DNA from: Oculina patagonica
Taxonomy: Eukaryota
Assembly (NCBI RefSeq): GCF_052425735.1
Contig: NC_135768.1
Location: 23,870,001-23,934,000 of the forward strand
DNA length: 64,000 nucleotides
Direction: 5' to 3'
Shown: positions 11,003-21,869 of the stretch, one piece after another
Layout of the letters: each line of letters opens with the position of its first letter
Position numbering within the stretch: position 1 is the stretch's first letter
Notes under the pieces: model-generated
Told to the model about the DNA's origin: nothing
Seen by the model: the letters and a program-made list of their open reading frames with translations, nothing else
Databases searched by the model: none
Position numbers and translations under genes: made by a program

Positions 11003-11899
11003 ATGGTAAACGAATCAGCAACTGGTTATGTAGGTGACGGGGACAAGAATTCTCGTCTTGAAACTATTGTCATCATAAACTGTGTGCTGAATGCACCATT
11101 GATGCTCATATCCATTATTGGTAACACTCTGGTGCTAGCTGCCATAGTGAGAACTCCTTCTCTCCGTTCACCGTCCACAATCTTCCTCTGCAGTTTGGCT
11201 TTCTCAGACTTTCTAGCCGGGTTTGTCGTACAGCCGGTTTATATCGCTAATGAACTGACTAATGATTCGCTTTACAATATAAGAAATATCACAACCCTTT
11301 CTGTGTGTGGTGCTTCGCTTTTTACAATAACTGCCATAAGTGTGGATCGGTTCTTGGCTCTTCATTATCACATGCGATATCCGAATTTGATGACTACCCA
11401 TCGTGCCATATATACATCAGCAACTCTTTGGACCGTTAGCTTCCTGTTATCGTTTTTAACTTTTTGGAACATACGTGCTTTTTGTTTTGCCATGGCTACT
11501 GGTATTGTTATTTGTATTTTAATTTCTAATTTTTGCTATATACAAATCTATCGAATTGTTCGTCACCATACGTTAGAAATTCACTCGCAACAACAGGCTG
11601 TGGAAAGCAATGCTGAAAATTATCTGCATATGCTGCGATCGAAGAAAACTGCCATACACACCTTTATATATTACATAGTAATGATTCTATGCTATACACC
11701 GTTCTTTATTTCCATGTCAATTGCGGCTATTTCAATTGATAGCTGGACGAACATGTGGATCTTAGCAGAGACTGTGTCATATATGAACTCGTCTATAAAT
11801 CCGTTTTTGTATTGCTGGCGTCTTCGCGAGCTCCGAACAGCAGTTGTTAAGACAGCAAGGCACATGTTATGTAAACAAACAGCGGAAAGCTCGCAATAA
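11003..11899 (+). CDS. Intronless class A GPCR (copy 3)
   Basis: ATG at 11003 (MVNES, N-glycosylation sequon), 7TM, LAFSD, SVDRF, CYTP, NSSINPFLYCWR. Clear paralog of copies 1 and 2. Confidence 0.92.
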   Translation: MVNESATGYVGDGDKNSRLETIVIINCVLNAPLMLISIIGNTLVLAAIVRTPSLRSPSTIFLCSLAFSDFLAGFVVQPVYIANELTNDSLYNIRNITTLSVCGASLFTITAISVDRFLALHYHMRYPNLMTTHRAIYTSATLWTVSFLLSFLTFWNIRAFCFAMATGIVICILISNFCYIQIYRIVRHHTLEIHSQQQAVESNAENYLHMLRSKKTAIHTFIYYIVMILCYTPFFISMSIAAISIDSWTNMWILAETVSYMNSSINPFLYCWRLRELRTAVVKTARHMLCKQTAESSQ

Positions 11900-12191
11900 C
11901 TTAGAGTTTTGAAATTTAACTACAAAACATTTACTTTAGTTATACAAAATCATCTTCGATCCTTTTAAAATTCTGACACCCCTTCGTTGTTTAAGTCAAA
12001 AAATATTAAATACATGTAAATATGATAAAGCAAGCGCGCTCTGTCTTTTTGATTTCGTTAATTTTCTTGACATCCTAGTGGGTGCTCAGCCTCGTCCCCA
12101 GTCGTCCCCGGCGAGTTTGGATGTGACGTCACCCGCCAAGCTTGTCGGGAAAGTTCGCCTAGGACGCCTGGCAATAAACGGCAAATCCAAT

Positions 12192-12503
12192 ATGGCGGAG
12201 CCTGTCCAACGATTGAACTTCAGTCAACTTCTTGAAGAACTTAAAAACGCGTCAGAATTAGGCTGGGATTCTTTCATCCATGTCTGCCAGCAAACTCGTG
12301 AAGTTATTGGAGATTTTTAATTTAAGGTAGAAAAATTAAATATCGATTTTTATGCGCAGCAAATTGTACCATCTAAAGAGCTTGAAGAATATGTTCCACT
12401 AACTGTAACTGGCGATGGGAGCTGTTTCTATCGATCGATTTCTCTGTTGGTGAACGGAGATAGAATGGTGGTCGTTCGTGGAAAGTTCCCGAAACTTGTA
12501 TGA
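12192..12503 (+). pseudogene. OTU-like (vertnin-like) cysteine protease remnant inside the TIR element
   Basis: MAEPVQ...VIGDF*FKVEKLNIDFYAQQIVPSKELEEYVPLTVTGDGSCFYRSISLLVNGD. GDGxCFYRS matches the OTU catalytic Cys loop. One in-frame stop at 12318-12320. Confidence 0.65.
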
Positions 12504-13182
12504 TGAGTATTTTTGCTTCTCGCTAACACAACAACAACAGCGGTGAAAAGATAAAAGGCTCAAAGCTGATAATCCATCAGTGCTTTCAACTGTGCTTTCG
12601 TGTGTGCTTTCTTTGTTCCTTTGCCTTCGCTTATTTCGAATATTTTTCGCAGTTTTATCCAAGGTAAGTGAAGTTGTAACTATTTATTCGAAGTATCAGT
12701 AGCAAAACATATGACTAAAGCTACTTATCAGAAAATTAGAAAGCTGTGTAGTGGTTTGTTTTCTGGGAAACAGACGCTGCAATTCGCCTACTGTAGGTGA
12801 CGATACCGAGTTGTGATGTGTCAACTCAGCTGCTTAACAGATTCAACTTCTCTCTTGTGAACTTCAGACTTGTGAGACTCTATAATATACCAAATTCCCT
12901 TCGGCCACTAAGCATTGACAAGATTATGATTGTAAGGAAACAAAAAACTGTTCCTAATGGACTGGTATCAAAATGTTTAGAATGGCTACATTTCAGTTTA
13001 AAAGTCGTTTGTTACTGTTAGTTAATGTTATATTTATATTGTTACTATTGTTACTATACAAACATTATCCAGAGTATCTTCTAGATATACAATGTACTCT
13101 ATTTGGATTCATTAAAGACCTTTAGCCACTTCGCTTGGCACAATCAATCAAAAGGCTTTATTCTTCTCTTATCAGGACAACT

Positions 13183-13385
13183 CGGATTAATATTAATCGG
13201 ATTAATATTAATCCTAATGATTATTATAATCCAGTAATAGATTATTATAATCCAGTAATGGATTATTATAATCCAGTAATAGATTATTATAATCTATTAC
13301 TGAGGTTTGAGCCGTGCCTTAATCCATTAGGATTAATATTAATCTTATGTAAGATTAATATTAATCGGATTAATATTAATCTTAA
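13183..13385. repeat. AT-rich palindromic minisatellite (GATTAATATTAATC units and ~4x 21-bp GATTATTATAATCCAGTAATR)
   Basis: Read directly from sequence. Confidence 0.8.
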
Positions 13386-15085
13386 TAATAAATCTCAACA
13401 ACTCAATCCTAGTCCAAAGCTTCCGAAGATTGACATTATTTAACGATCTAAGGCGGCCTTATCAATATCTTATGCATTCTTGGACCCTTTTGCTTGGTAT
13501 CTAATATAAAACCCTAACCCTAACCCTAAAAATATTTTTTTAATAATTGCGTCTGCTGATAACAGTAACTGTTTGCAATTTGTTAAATGAGCTACTAAAC
13601 AATATTTTAAATAAAAGTATCTTTCGATTTATGTAACTATTTTACACTTGGCAGCTCAAATTTGTATAGAAATTTGTATCACTCTCCTTTACAACAACAA
13701 GGACATCATCGACAGAATTTACACCGTTCATGCTCCTGATCTTCTCACTTCAAAGTCACTGAAGGCATTTTCTACTCGCTCGACATCCCTTTCATGAACG
13801 TTAAACGCCACGTGTACTTTGTGCGCCCTTGCAGGTCGACCGGAATCTCCCCTACTCCACTTTGCATCTTCAAGGACTAAGCTAGGAATAGATACGAAGC
13901 TTGATGTAAACATACTTTATTGTTTAAAACAGCTGAAATAGTTTTTTTGTGAACTTGACATCATATGCAATATGCTTACCATGTCAGTTCCCAGATAATA
14001 TTTTCATCAAAAAAGGCGCCAAGAGACGGGAGAAATTCTTGTTCATAGTTGCCATTGTGATATGCCGACTCCACTCACTCGCATAGCGCGGTATGGCCTG
14101 GGGACGAGGCTGGTGGGTGCTTAATTCCCATGAATATATCGCAAGACCAAAATAAAAAGTTATGTATTTTAACGAAGTGCGTAGTTTCTATTTTATTAAC
14201 ATAAAACTATTAGTAATAACGCTGTAAATGGCAAAATAGGCACTCCCACGGTTAATGCAAATGAATGGGATTCAATATTACTGAAATGAAGAAGCGTATT
14301 TGAATGTTGTTGGGGACGTTGATAGCAAGGAGAGGATCTTTCCTCGTTTATTTAATTTTGTCGTATTTTCAACATTTCTAATGTTCAACTAAACGTTTAA
14401 TCTCGTCCCTGTATAAACGGATGTTTGGTAATTTATGACAAGAAAATCTTGGTTTATGTTATTCGAGGGGCACCCAACTGGATCATTTCGGTGAATTTCT
14501 GTTCGGAAGGCCTGTTATCCTCTCAGATTTTCTTTAGTGAAATGTCACCTTGAATCTTCGTAATATGTGAAATTTCACACCTGTCGTTTTCGGAAAGGTA
14601 AAAATGTTGTTTTGGGTACGGGAAAACGCCAGCTACGGTTTTAAAGAAAGGTCACACCAGCCTGTAAATTCGGGTAATGAGATTTTGATTCCTAAAAGTT
14701 TATGCCACTTTCAATATTTCAATATTTAGCTAGAAAATCCGAAAAGATTTAACCGTGTGTTAGTTGACACAAGTACCTCTTTGAAAGTCCCTAAGCGATA
14801 CTGGAAAACAGTAGAACGGCACTCCAAAACTTTTTCCTGAATTTCCTCGTTGAGAAAATGATGTTCTGTAACTACATGTTTACTCTGTTACGTTACACAT
14901 GTACGCAGTGTGGACCTATTTTTAAATTTGTTTTCGGGTTCCTCTTATTTCTTCTGAGCACAAGACAAACATGATTGCACGCGTACGGCTTGTTCGACTA
15001 TTCTGCGAATGAGTAAAACGGTAAAAAGGTGTTTTATTGCCTTTTTCAGCGGTACTGGACCAGTACAGTGTGAACAAATAAAAAT

Positions 15086-15465
15086 GGTAAGGTGAAGTTA
15101 AAGTAAGGTAAGGTAAGGTTATGTAATTTATTTTACGTCAAATAGACGGGGAATGGTTACCCAATCTCCGAGCCAGAGGCTCAGAATAAAAGTGTTAGAT
15201 AATTTAGGTAATAAAAATAAATGAATTAATATTAAAAAGATTTAAAAAAGTACATATTAAAAAGATCTTTAAAATACCTGTTAAAATATAGAAAAATTAC
15301 AATATTAAAAACAATTTAAGGTATAAAATGTCTGTAAAATTAATTATCATTAAATGCAAGTACTGCATTTGCAGCCACCAAAGTTTATTGTATTTAAAAG
15401 TTTAATAAAAAATGATATGTTAGGTGCATTTTTTCGGCTGATGGCAGCTGGTTCCAAATTCTAGA
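15086..15465 (-). mobile_element. CR1-group LINE 3' end with (CTTAC)n tail
   Basis: Minus strand encodes RIWNQLP...GCKCSTCI*. 3'UTR has a GAGCCTCTGGCTC hairpin and a pentamer tail. Confidence 0.7.
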
Positions 15466-15793
15466 AACAATCTGCCGTGTTTTTGCATTTCAAACGTAAT
15501 TTCCATCTACACTTTTGAAAGCAATTAGCTAGACAGCTCTATCTGAATAAATTTAAAATTTAAAAATGGTACAGTGTTAAACGGTCTGGGAACCAACCTC
15601 TATCGATACAATGTAAATGAAGCCTTAAAATCACCCGCTGTTCATAAAAAGGCACACAAAATTTTATTTTTTTTTAAATGCTCCTTCAAAAATTCATTCA
15701 GATAGAGCTGTCTAGCTAATTGCTTTCAAAAGTGGAGATGGAAATTACGTATAAAGTGCAAATACACGACAAATTGTTGCTGAAGTTAGAACG
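15450..15793. repeat. Inverted repeat, ~105-bp arms, ~135-bp spacer
   Basis: 15450-15554 is the reverse complement of 15690-15793, with a near-perfect core (CACTTTTGAAAGCAATTAGCTAGACAGCTCTATCTGAAT). Confidence 0.8.
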
Positions 15794-16828
15794 GATATTT
15801 GCAATGTTGTGGATGCTGTTGAACTCACTTAAAATATGAATGAATGAATAAATACAACATGAAAACGGGACTGAATTGTAATTAAATGGTGCTTTCAAAC
15901 GTCGTCACGGACAAACAAAACTTTTTGCATAAATGGCACTCTAGATAACGTTTGTGTCTTTGTGTGTTTTTTTACTTTCTTTCTTCTGCTTGTGGTTTAA
16001 AATAAACTAAATTCATTTGAAGTTATGTTTGGTTTCCAACGCAATCAAAGCTCTTCAGCTTTTAATAATGTATAATCATAAAGATGTATTATTTAAATGC
16101 GAATTGTGAATTTCAAAGAATCATGCTATCTATTCACAAAGATGTGATAATAGTTTATATGGGCCATTTCTGCGAGAGCAAACTAAATAAACCAGGAAAA
16201 TTAATCTCAAAATGAAAAATTAAAATAAATTTGTGACGGAATATTTTTAATTTGAACCGGTTTGCAATTAGCAATTGTTTTGAAATAACCATATGGTTGA
16301 ATGAAAGATAATTTGCTAGATATTTCACAGGTCATACTTCTATTCATGTGATACTAAAGTTTCATTGGTAAAGTTATAAAATAATATTTTTCGCCTTTTA
16401 ACTAAATCACGATATTTTCCAAATATAAGCTCACCAGAGAAGTCTCGATGAAAAGTCAATAAACTTTGCAGTTACAATTTGCTTGCATTGTCATGCAACA
16501 AAGCCACCTGCGAATTTAAACAAATTTAAATTCATGCATAGAGCCGTTAAAATGTCATCCTTCGGGGCGTATTATAAAAAGCATTAGTTCTAGATGCTAA
16601 TGATACCCCTTCAGTTGATCTACACAACATATAACAGCATTGGAGGAAACTGTTTTTATGAAACGTGTTGTGAACTGCTGGTCGCATAAATTCGGCAAGT
16701 AAATTACACAGAAAAGGCTGCCAATTAACAGTCAATTTTAGCCAAGTGCATATATTTGTTTTAAAAAGCATCGTTTCTCCACCTCAAGCAGTTCACAGAA
16801 GTCGCTTATTTGACTGAATCTTGTTATA

Positions 16829-17713
16829 ATGAACTTCACCGGCGAAAACAAAAACGAAACAGTTGACGCGAGTGATAGAACTATTGTCATCATAAATAGT
16901 GCTCTTAATGCTCCGTTAATGCTGATATCGATTCTGGGAAACGCTTTGGTCCTTGCCGCCGTCAGAAGAACTCCTGCTATTCATTCGCCATCAATGACAT
17001 TTCTCTACAGCCTTGCTGTTTCAGACCTTCTTGTTGGTTTGATAGTTCAACCACTTTACATCGCCAATACACTGACAAATATTCATGTTCTTAAACTTCT
17101 CGCTGGTATGATGGCTTTTTTCGTATGCGGGGTTTCTCTGGATACAATAACAGCCATCAGTGTGGATCGCTTGATAGCGCTACTGTATCACCTCAGATAC
17201 GCTACTATGGTCACTGCATCGCGTGTCAGATATACTATAGTTGCAATTTGGTTTACGAAGGTCCTATCGTCAGGTTTTTACCTTTGGAAAAAGCGTGAAT
17301 GTCATCTTATCACAGCGGTTACTACAGTCATTTGCCTTATAATTTCAACATTTTCTTACATCAAAATTTATCTAATCGTTCGTCATCATCAATCACAAAT
17401 TCACATTCAGCAACAAACAGTCCAGGGTAGCGCCAATGAGGGACATCACATGGCGCGATTGAAAAGAAGTGCAATAAACACGTTTCTGTTTTATATCTTC
17501 CTAATTATTTGTTATTTTCCAATGTATATTCTATCGACGCTCCACGGGATTTCCTACATGAACTGGGTAACGCAGTGGGACTTTGCTCACACGGCAGTAT
17601 TTATGAACTCAGCCATCAATCCCATTCTGTATTGTTGGCGCCTTCGAGAGCTTCGTAGAGCAATCGTTAAGACGATAAGGGAGACCTTCTATTCACAAAC
17701 AGAACAACATTAG
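16829..17713 (+). CDS. Intronless class A GPCR (copy 4, more divergent)
   Basis: 294-aa ORF, MNFT sequon, GNALV, LAVSD, SVDRL, CYFP, NSAINPILYCWR. Confidence 0.93.
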   Translation: MNFTGENKNETVDASDRTIVIINSALNAPLMLISILGNALVLAAVRRTPAIHSPSMTFLYSLAVSDLLVGLIVQPLYIANTLTNIHVLKLLAGMMAFFVCGVSLDTITAISVDRLIALLYHLRYATMVTASRVRYTIVAIWFTKVLSSGFYLWKKRECHLITAVTTVICLIISTFSYIKIYLIVRHHQSQIHIQQQTVQGSANEGHHMARLKRSAINTFLFYIFLIICYFPMYILSTLHGISYMNWVTQWDFAHTAVFMNSAINPILYCWRLRELRRAIVKTIRETFYSQTEQH

Positions 17714-20660
17714 AACGTCGCGTCTCCTCCTTTAAGGTGTTTTTCGTGCATGCTCTGACTGAACTTAACCCTAAGAAAACCGAGGGACTAAACGAAAACA
17801 GCCTTTAACATGCCTCTGTTAAATCAGGCTTTAGGCAAAGTCAGATATTATTTTAGTACATCTTATTTGATAGTCAAAAATAATGCTAATTCTTACTCGA
17901 TAGCTATAACAAAGCTTGGGCGAGCACAATTCATTACTCCAAAAGAAATTCAATTTTCATGCAAAGGAAAAATCTCCTCGATTGAGGTTTAGTCAATGTT
18001 TTAAATCACTTATTTTTAATGTGGAACGGACAACACATAATCGTCGCTCGTTTTTTCGAACGTTAATTGTGTATTAAATTTTTCACATTTCAACTCAAAA
18101 CTAGGGGAATTAATAAAAAAATGCAAATCATTGTGTGTTATGTCTGGGTGTTCAATCTTAATATATGGATGTGGTTCAAAACTACAAATATTTGTAGTTT
18201 GAAGCTTTAATAGTACGCTGTTTCAAACATGTTATTAGCTTGATTTTTCAAGTTTATTTATCGGCAACACATGACCGCCAACGGAGTTAAATGACCACAA
18301 GATCATTTTCTGTCCGTTAGGGGTTTTTTATCGCATGCAATTACTGCACTTATTTGCTCAGATACTTATTTTCACTCTACCTCTTTTAACAACTTTAATT
18401 TTGATGTCTCAGGTTTTGAAATCTCCTTGTTTATTTTGGGGTACATTTTGATTATAAAAAATGCAGCTGTTCATTATTTTGGGAACTTTTTTCATTATTA
18501 TTGCAGGAGTCGCTGTCGTCATAATAATCTCACTCTTACAAACGCCTATCAATTAATAAGGCAAGCAGCGTAGGTCCGTTTACTAAAGTGCATTTTATTT
18601 GCATTGCCAACAATAAACAATGCCCTTTTATTTAAAAGTTCGTTTACTGAACTTTTACAATATGTCTTTTATAGTTAATTAGGTATGTAAAAATAGCCAG
18701 TAAGCATTTGCCGATCAGAAGTGAAATGGACAGGTGTACTAGGCGATGGTTGGCTAGAAACAAAAATTTTCATTCTTTTTATGTATTGAGCTATATGAAC
18801 ACTCGTGAAAGTTAGAAAAAAAAAAACATGGGAAAGCGGCCGTGGAACGTGATGAGTCTCCCGGTTTTTTTATTTTTATTTTTCGTTTTCCAAACTTCCA
18901 GTTGCGTTTCTATAGTTCTATAGAAATACGGAAAATATTTTCTATTCTTTATTAGGAGATAAATACGCCTTATTAGACATTTTAGTCTGTATCGTATATT
19001 GTTGCGAGTCTTGCAGTATTTTGGCGAAGGCATGTGAGGCATGCGAGGCAGAAACCCCTACTCCAAATAAAAAGGCTAAGCGCAAGCTACCTAAGCTAAA
19101 TGTAGGCTTACCAGAGTGCTTTTTTAGGCTAACCGGAGTGCCATTTACGTAGGCTAACCGAAGTGCTATGTAGGCTAACCGGAATGGATCGCATGCCTCA
19201 CTGCCTCGCACTTTGCGACGACCCAAGGGTGAGTCAAAATACAAATGACGAGTAAAATGTGCATGCAGTGATTCTACACATTAAAGGGTCAAATAAGAAA
19301 TTTACATATTATGCAAAGTTTTCTTTTCACACTCCAAATATCGTGGCAAATATCGTGAGATAGTTTTACTCATTTCGCGCGTTAACTGCACTTTATTGGC
19401 CACCTCCAGGTCACACGACATCTCACAATAAAACTGTTTCGCGCCAGGTTTCTGAGCAAGCAACATTGCAAAATCTATGACGTCAGAGGGTAACAGTGCA
19501 CTATTGCCCACGAATGTTGACCAAAGTTGGTTTATGACCACCCAAACCCCTCCCCCCCCCCCCCCACCTCCCGATCAAATGGTCGGCATGATCCCTTATC
19601 TCACTCATTTTCGCATTTTCGCGCGTATTAATTTTCTAGATTCCGAAATAATCGCGAAATTTAATACGCGCGAAAAAAGCATTGCGCGAAATTTAAACAC
19701 GCGAAAATTAATATCATTTTTTAAATCAAAACAATAAAAGTTTTAAATGTTTGGAACTGCAACTATCTACCCTTGAAAATATCTTTCAGTCTTGTTTGCG
19801 ACTAGCACTCCTTCCTCTGATTACTGTTTTCTTCAGCTTTTAAAACGGCCAAAACCTCTTTAGTACAGTCACCAAAATTTCTGTTTGCAGAACTTTGTAT
19901 ATTTCCAGTAGTTTCTTAGTCTTTGTCAACTGATCCATACAACACTAACAAAATCGCGATATTTAATACACTTTTGCTCTATTTTTTCCCTGCAATTGCG
20001 AAAATTAATTGTAATACTCCCGAAATTCGGCTCTCGAATTTTCGCAAAATAAAGTACGCGCGTAAATTAGTAAGAATATTGGAGGTAGTTGATGGTAGAT
20101 CGCTGGTCCAACTACGATTGGTTTTGGTTTCACTTCTGATTGGTCGAGAAAGTGGTGCAAAACTTTTTTAACCCAATCACTAGGCGTGGTAATGCCAGCC
20201 CAAAGCAAACGCGAATTACTTTCGACACCCAGTAAAAATTGCACTAAAATTAAAGAGATTTTTAATTTCATTGAGTAATTATGTAATTAAGTCTCGTTTG
20301 TTGTGAACCATTTTAATTGATATGTGTACTCTGTCATTTTCGAACAGTCGAACCAATAATTACGAGCACATGAAAAATACCGACCAGGGGCGGATCCAGA
20401 AAACTCAGAAAAGGGGGCCGAGGATCTTGTGTCGAGTGCGCATGCCCCCCTTTACCCCCCCCCCCCCCACCTCCGAACTAACCACAAGCAAACCAGCTAG
20501 TGACATTCCATCATTCCACCATTCCATAGAATAGGGTCACCCGAGATTGGAAGGATGAATACCAATTAATTTTAATATACAATTGTATTACCGGAGTTGT
20601 AATGATGTGCTCTGCAGTTTTTGTGTTCTACGAATTAAAGCACTTGCCACAGGGAATGCA

Positions 20661-21016
20661 TTAAAAAGGCTCCTGTTTGACTTTAATGTCACTCAAGAAA
20701 TCAGAGATACTGAAGCAACTTCCATCTTTTTTGCATGCTCTTGGCTGCGTGTCATTGTGTATTCGTTCATGTCTCTTTAGAGTTGCTGCACGGCTGAAAA
20801 ACTTGCCACACTGGACACAGTGAAAAAGCCTCTCATCTGTGTCTACATGTGTTCTGGAATGATACCTTAAATTTTCTGCACGACTAAAGCACTTGCCACA
20901 CTGGTTACATTCAAAAGGCTTCTCTCCTGTGTGTGATCTGGCATGTTGTGCTAAATGTCCTGCTTGATTAAAACACTTGTCACAATACTTGCATTTAAAA
21001 GGTTTCTCTCCAGTAT

Positions 21017-21057
<41 letters not shown>

Positions 21058-21869
21058 ACAATGGCGAGCCGATAGGCGAGCCATTGTAAACGGTCATACA
21101 GATCGGACGCGAATATTTTATTCTACTTGTGAAATGAAAACAATAAATTGAATGCAATGTTTTGTTATGCGAATCAGTAGAGATCTGTATCAAAAGTTAA
21201 TGAATACTAATTAGCTGAGCAGGAGTCTGTATCAAAAGTTAATTCTATTGTTTGATTTGTATTGGGGTTTATAGTTGTGTACATGTGATCTGAATACAGT
21301 GCTGGGATTGGTTTGCACCCTCATGAATAGTTAATGAATTTTACAAGTGATCTTGCATGCTGCTTTAGATTTCCTGACTGACAAAAACGCTTGCCACAAT
21401 GCTTGCATTCAAAGGGCTTCTCTCCAGTATGTAATCGCACATGTTGCCTCACATATCCTTTCCGATAAAAACTCTTGCCACAATGCTTGCATTTAAAAGG
21501 CTTCTCGCTTGTATGCAATTTCTCATGTCGTGATAGATTACCTGAAGATCTAAAATACCTGTCACAATACTTGCATTTAAAAGGCTTTTCACCAGTGTGT
21601 AATCTTTCATGCTGTTTTAGATGTCCTGTTCGATTAAAACACTTGCCACATTGCTTGCATTCATAAGGTTTCTCTCCAGTGTGTGATTTCACATGAAGCA
21701 TCATATCTGCATTTCGATAAAAATGCTTACCACATTGCTTGCATTTAAAAGGCTTCTCTTCTGTATGCAATTTTTCGTGTCGTCTTAGATTCCCTGCCAA
21801 ACTAAAAATCTTCCCACACTCATCGCATTTGAATGTTTTCTCATCTGCAGATACTATTTTGTCTTCCAT
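20661..21869 (-). pseudogene. C2H2 zinc-finger gene 1 (ZNF-A), coding exon split by a 330-bp insertion
   Basis: ATG at 21869 (MEDKIVSADEK) with six fingers to 21349. Removing 21019-21348 restores HARS-HTGEKP in frame, followed by 3 more fingers and the tail ...CFSISDFLSDIKVKQEPF* (stop 20661-20663). Acceptor before 21907, upstream exon ends at 25862. Confidence 0.85.
21019..21348. mobile_element. 330-bp non-coding element (AGT...AGT) with hairpin and internal inverted copy of its joined ends
   Basis: Boundaries are defined by the interrupted ZNF frame. IR 21019-21065/21080-21127, second IR 21125-21135/21338-21348. Confidence 0.88.

Larger units (their letters stand above)
12087..14112. mobile_element. 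Non-autonomous TIR DNA transposon with 9-bp TSD (AcademH-like), carrying coding remnants
   Basis: 15-bp TIR CAGCCTCGTCCCCAG/CTGGGGACGAGGCTG, with GTGGGTGCT duplicated at 12078-12086 and 14113-14121. Confidence 0.88.

Noticed and set aside
13135-13443. 102-aa repeat protein (DYYNPV repeats)
   Set aside because: Translation of an AT-rich minisatellite inside a transposon, with a TTG start.
13510-13529. True telomere or chromosome fusion site
   Set aside because: Only three hexamers, inside a TIR element.
21019-21348. Ordinary intron in ZNF-A
   Set aside because: The ends on the coding strand are not GT..AG, the paralog has no intron here, and the segment has element-like inverted repeats.
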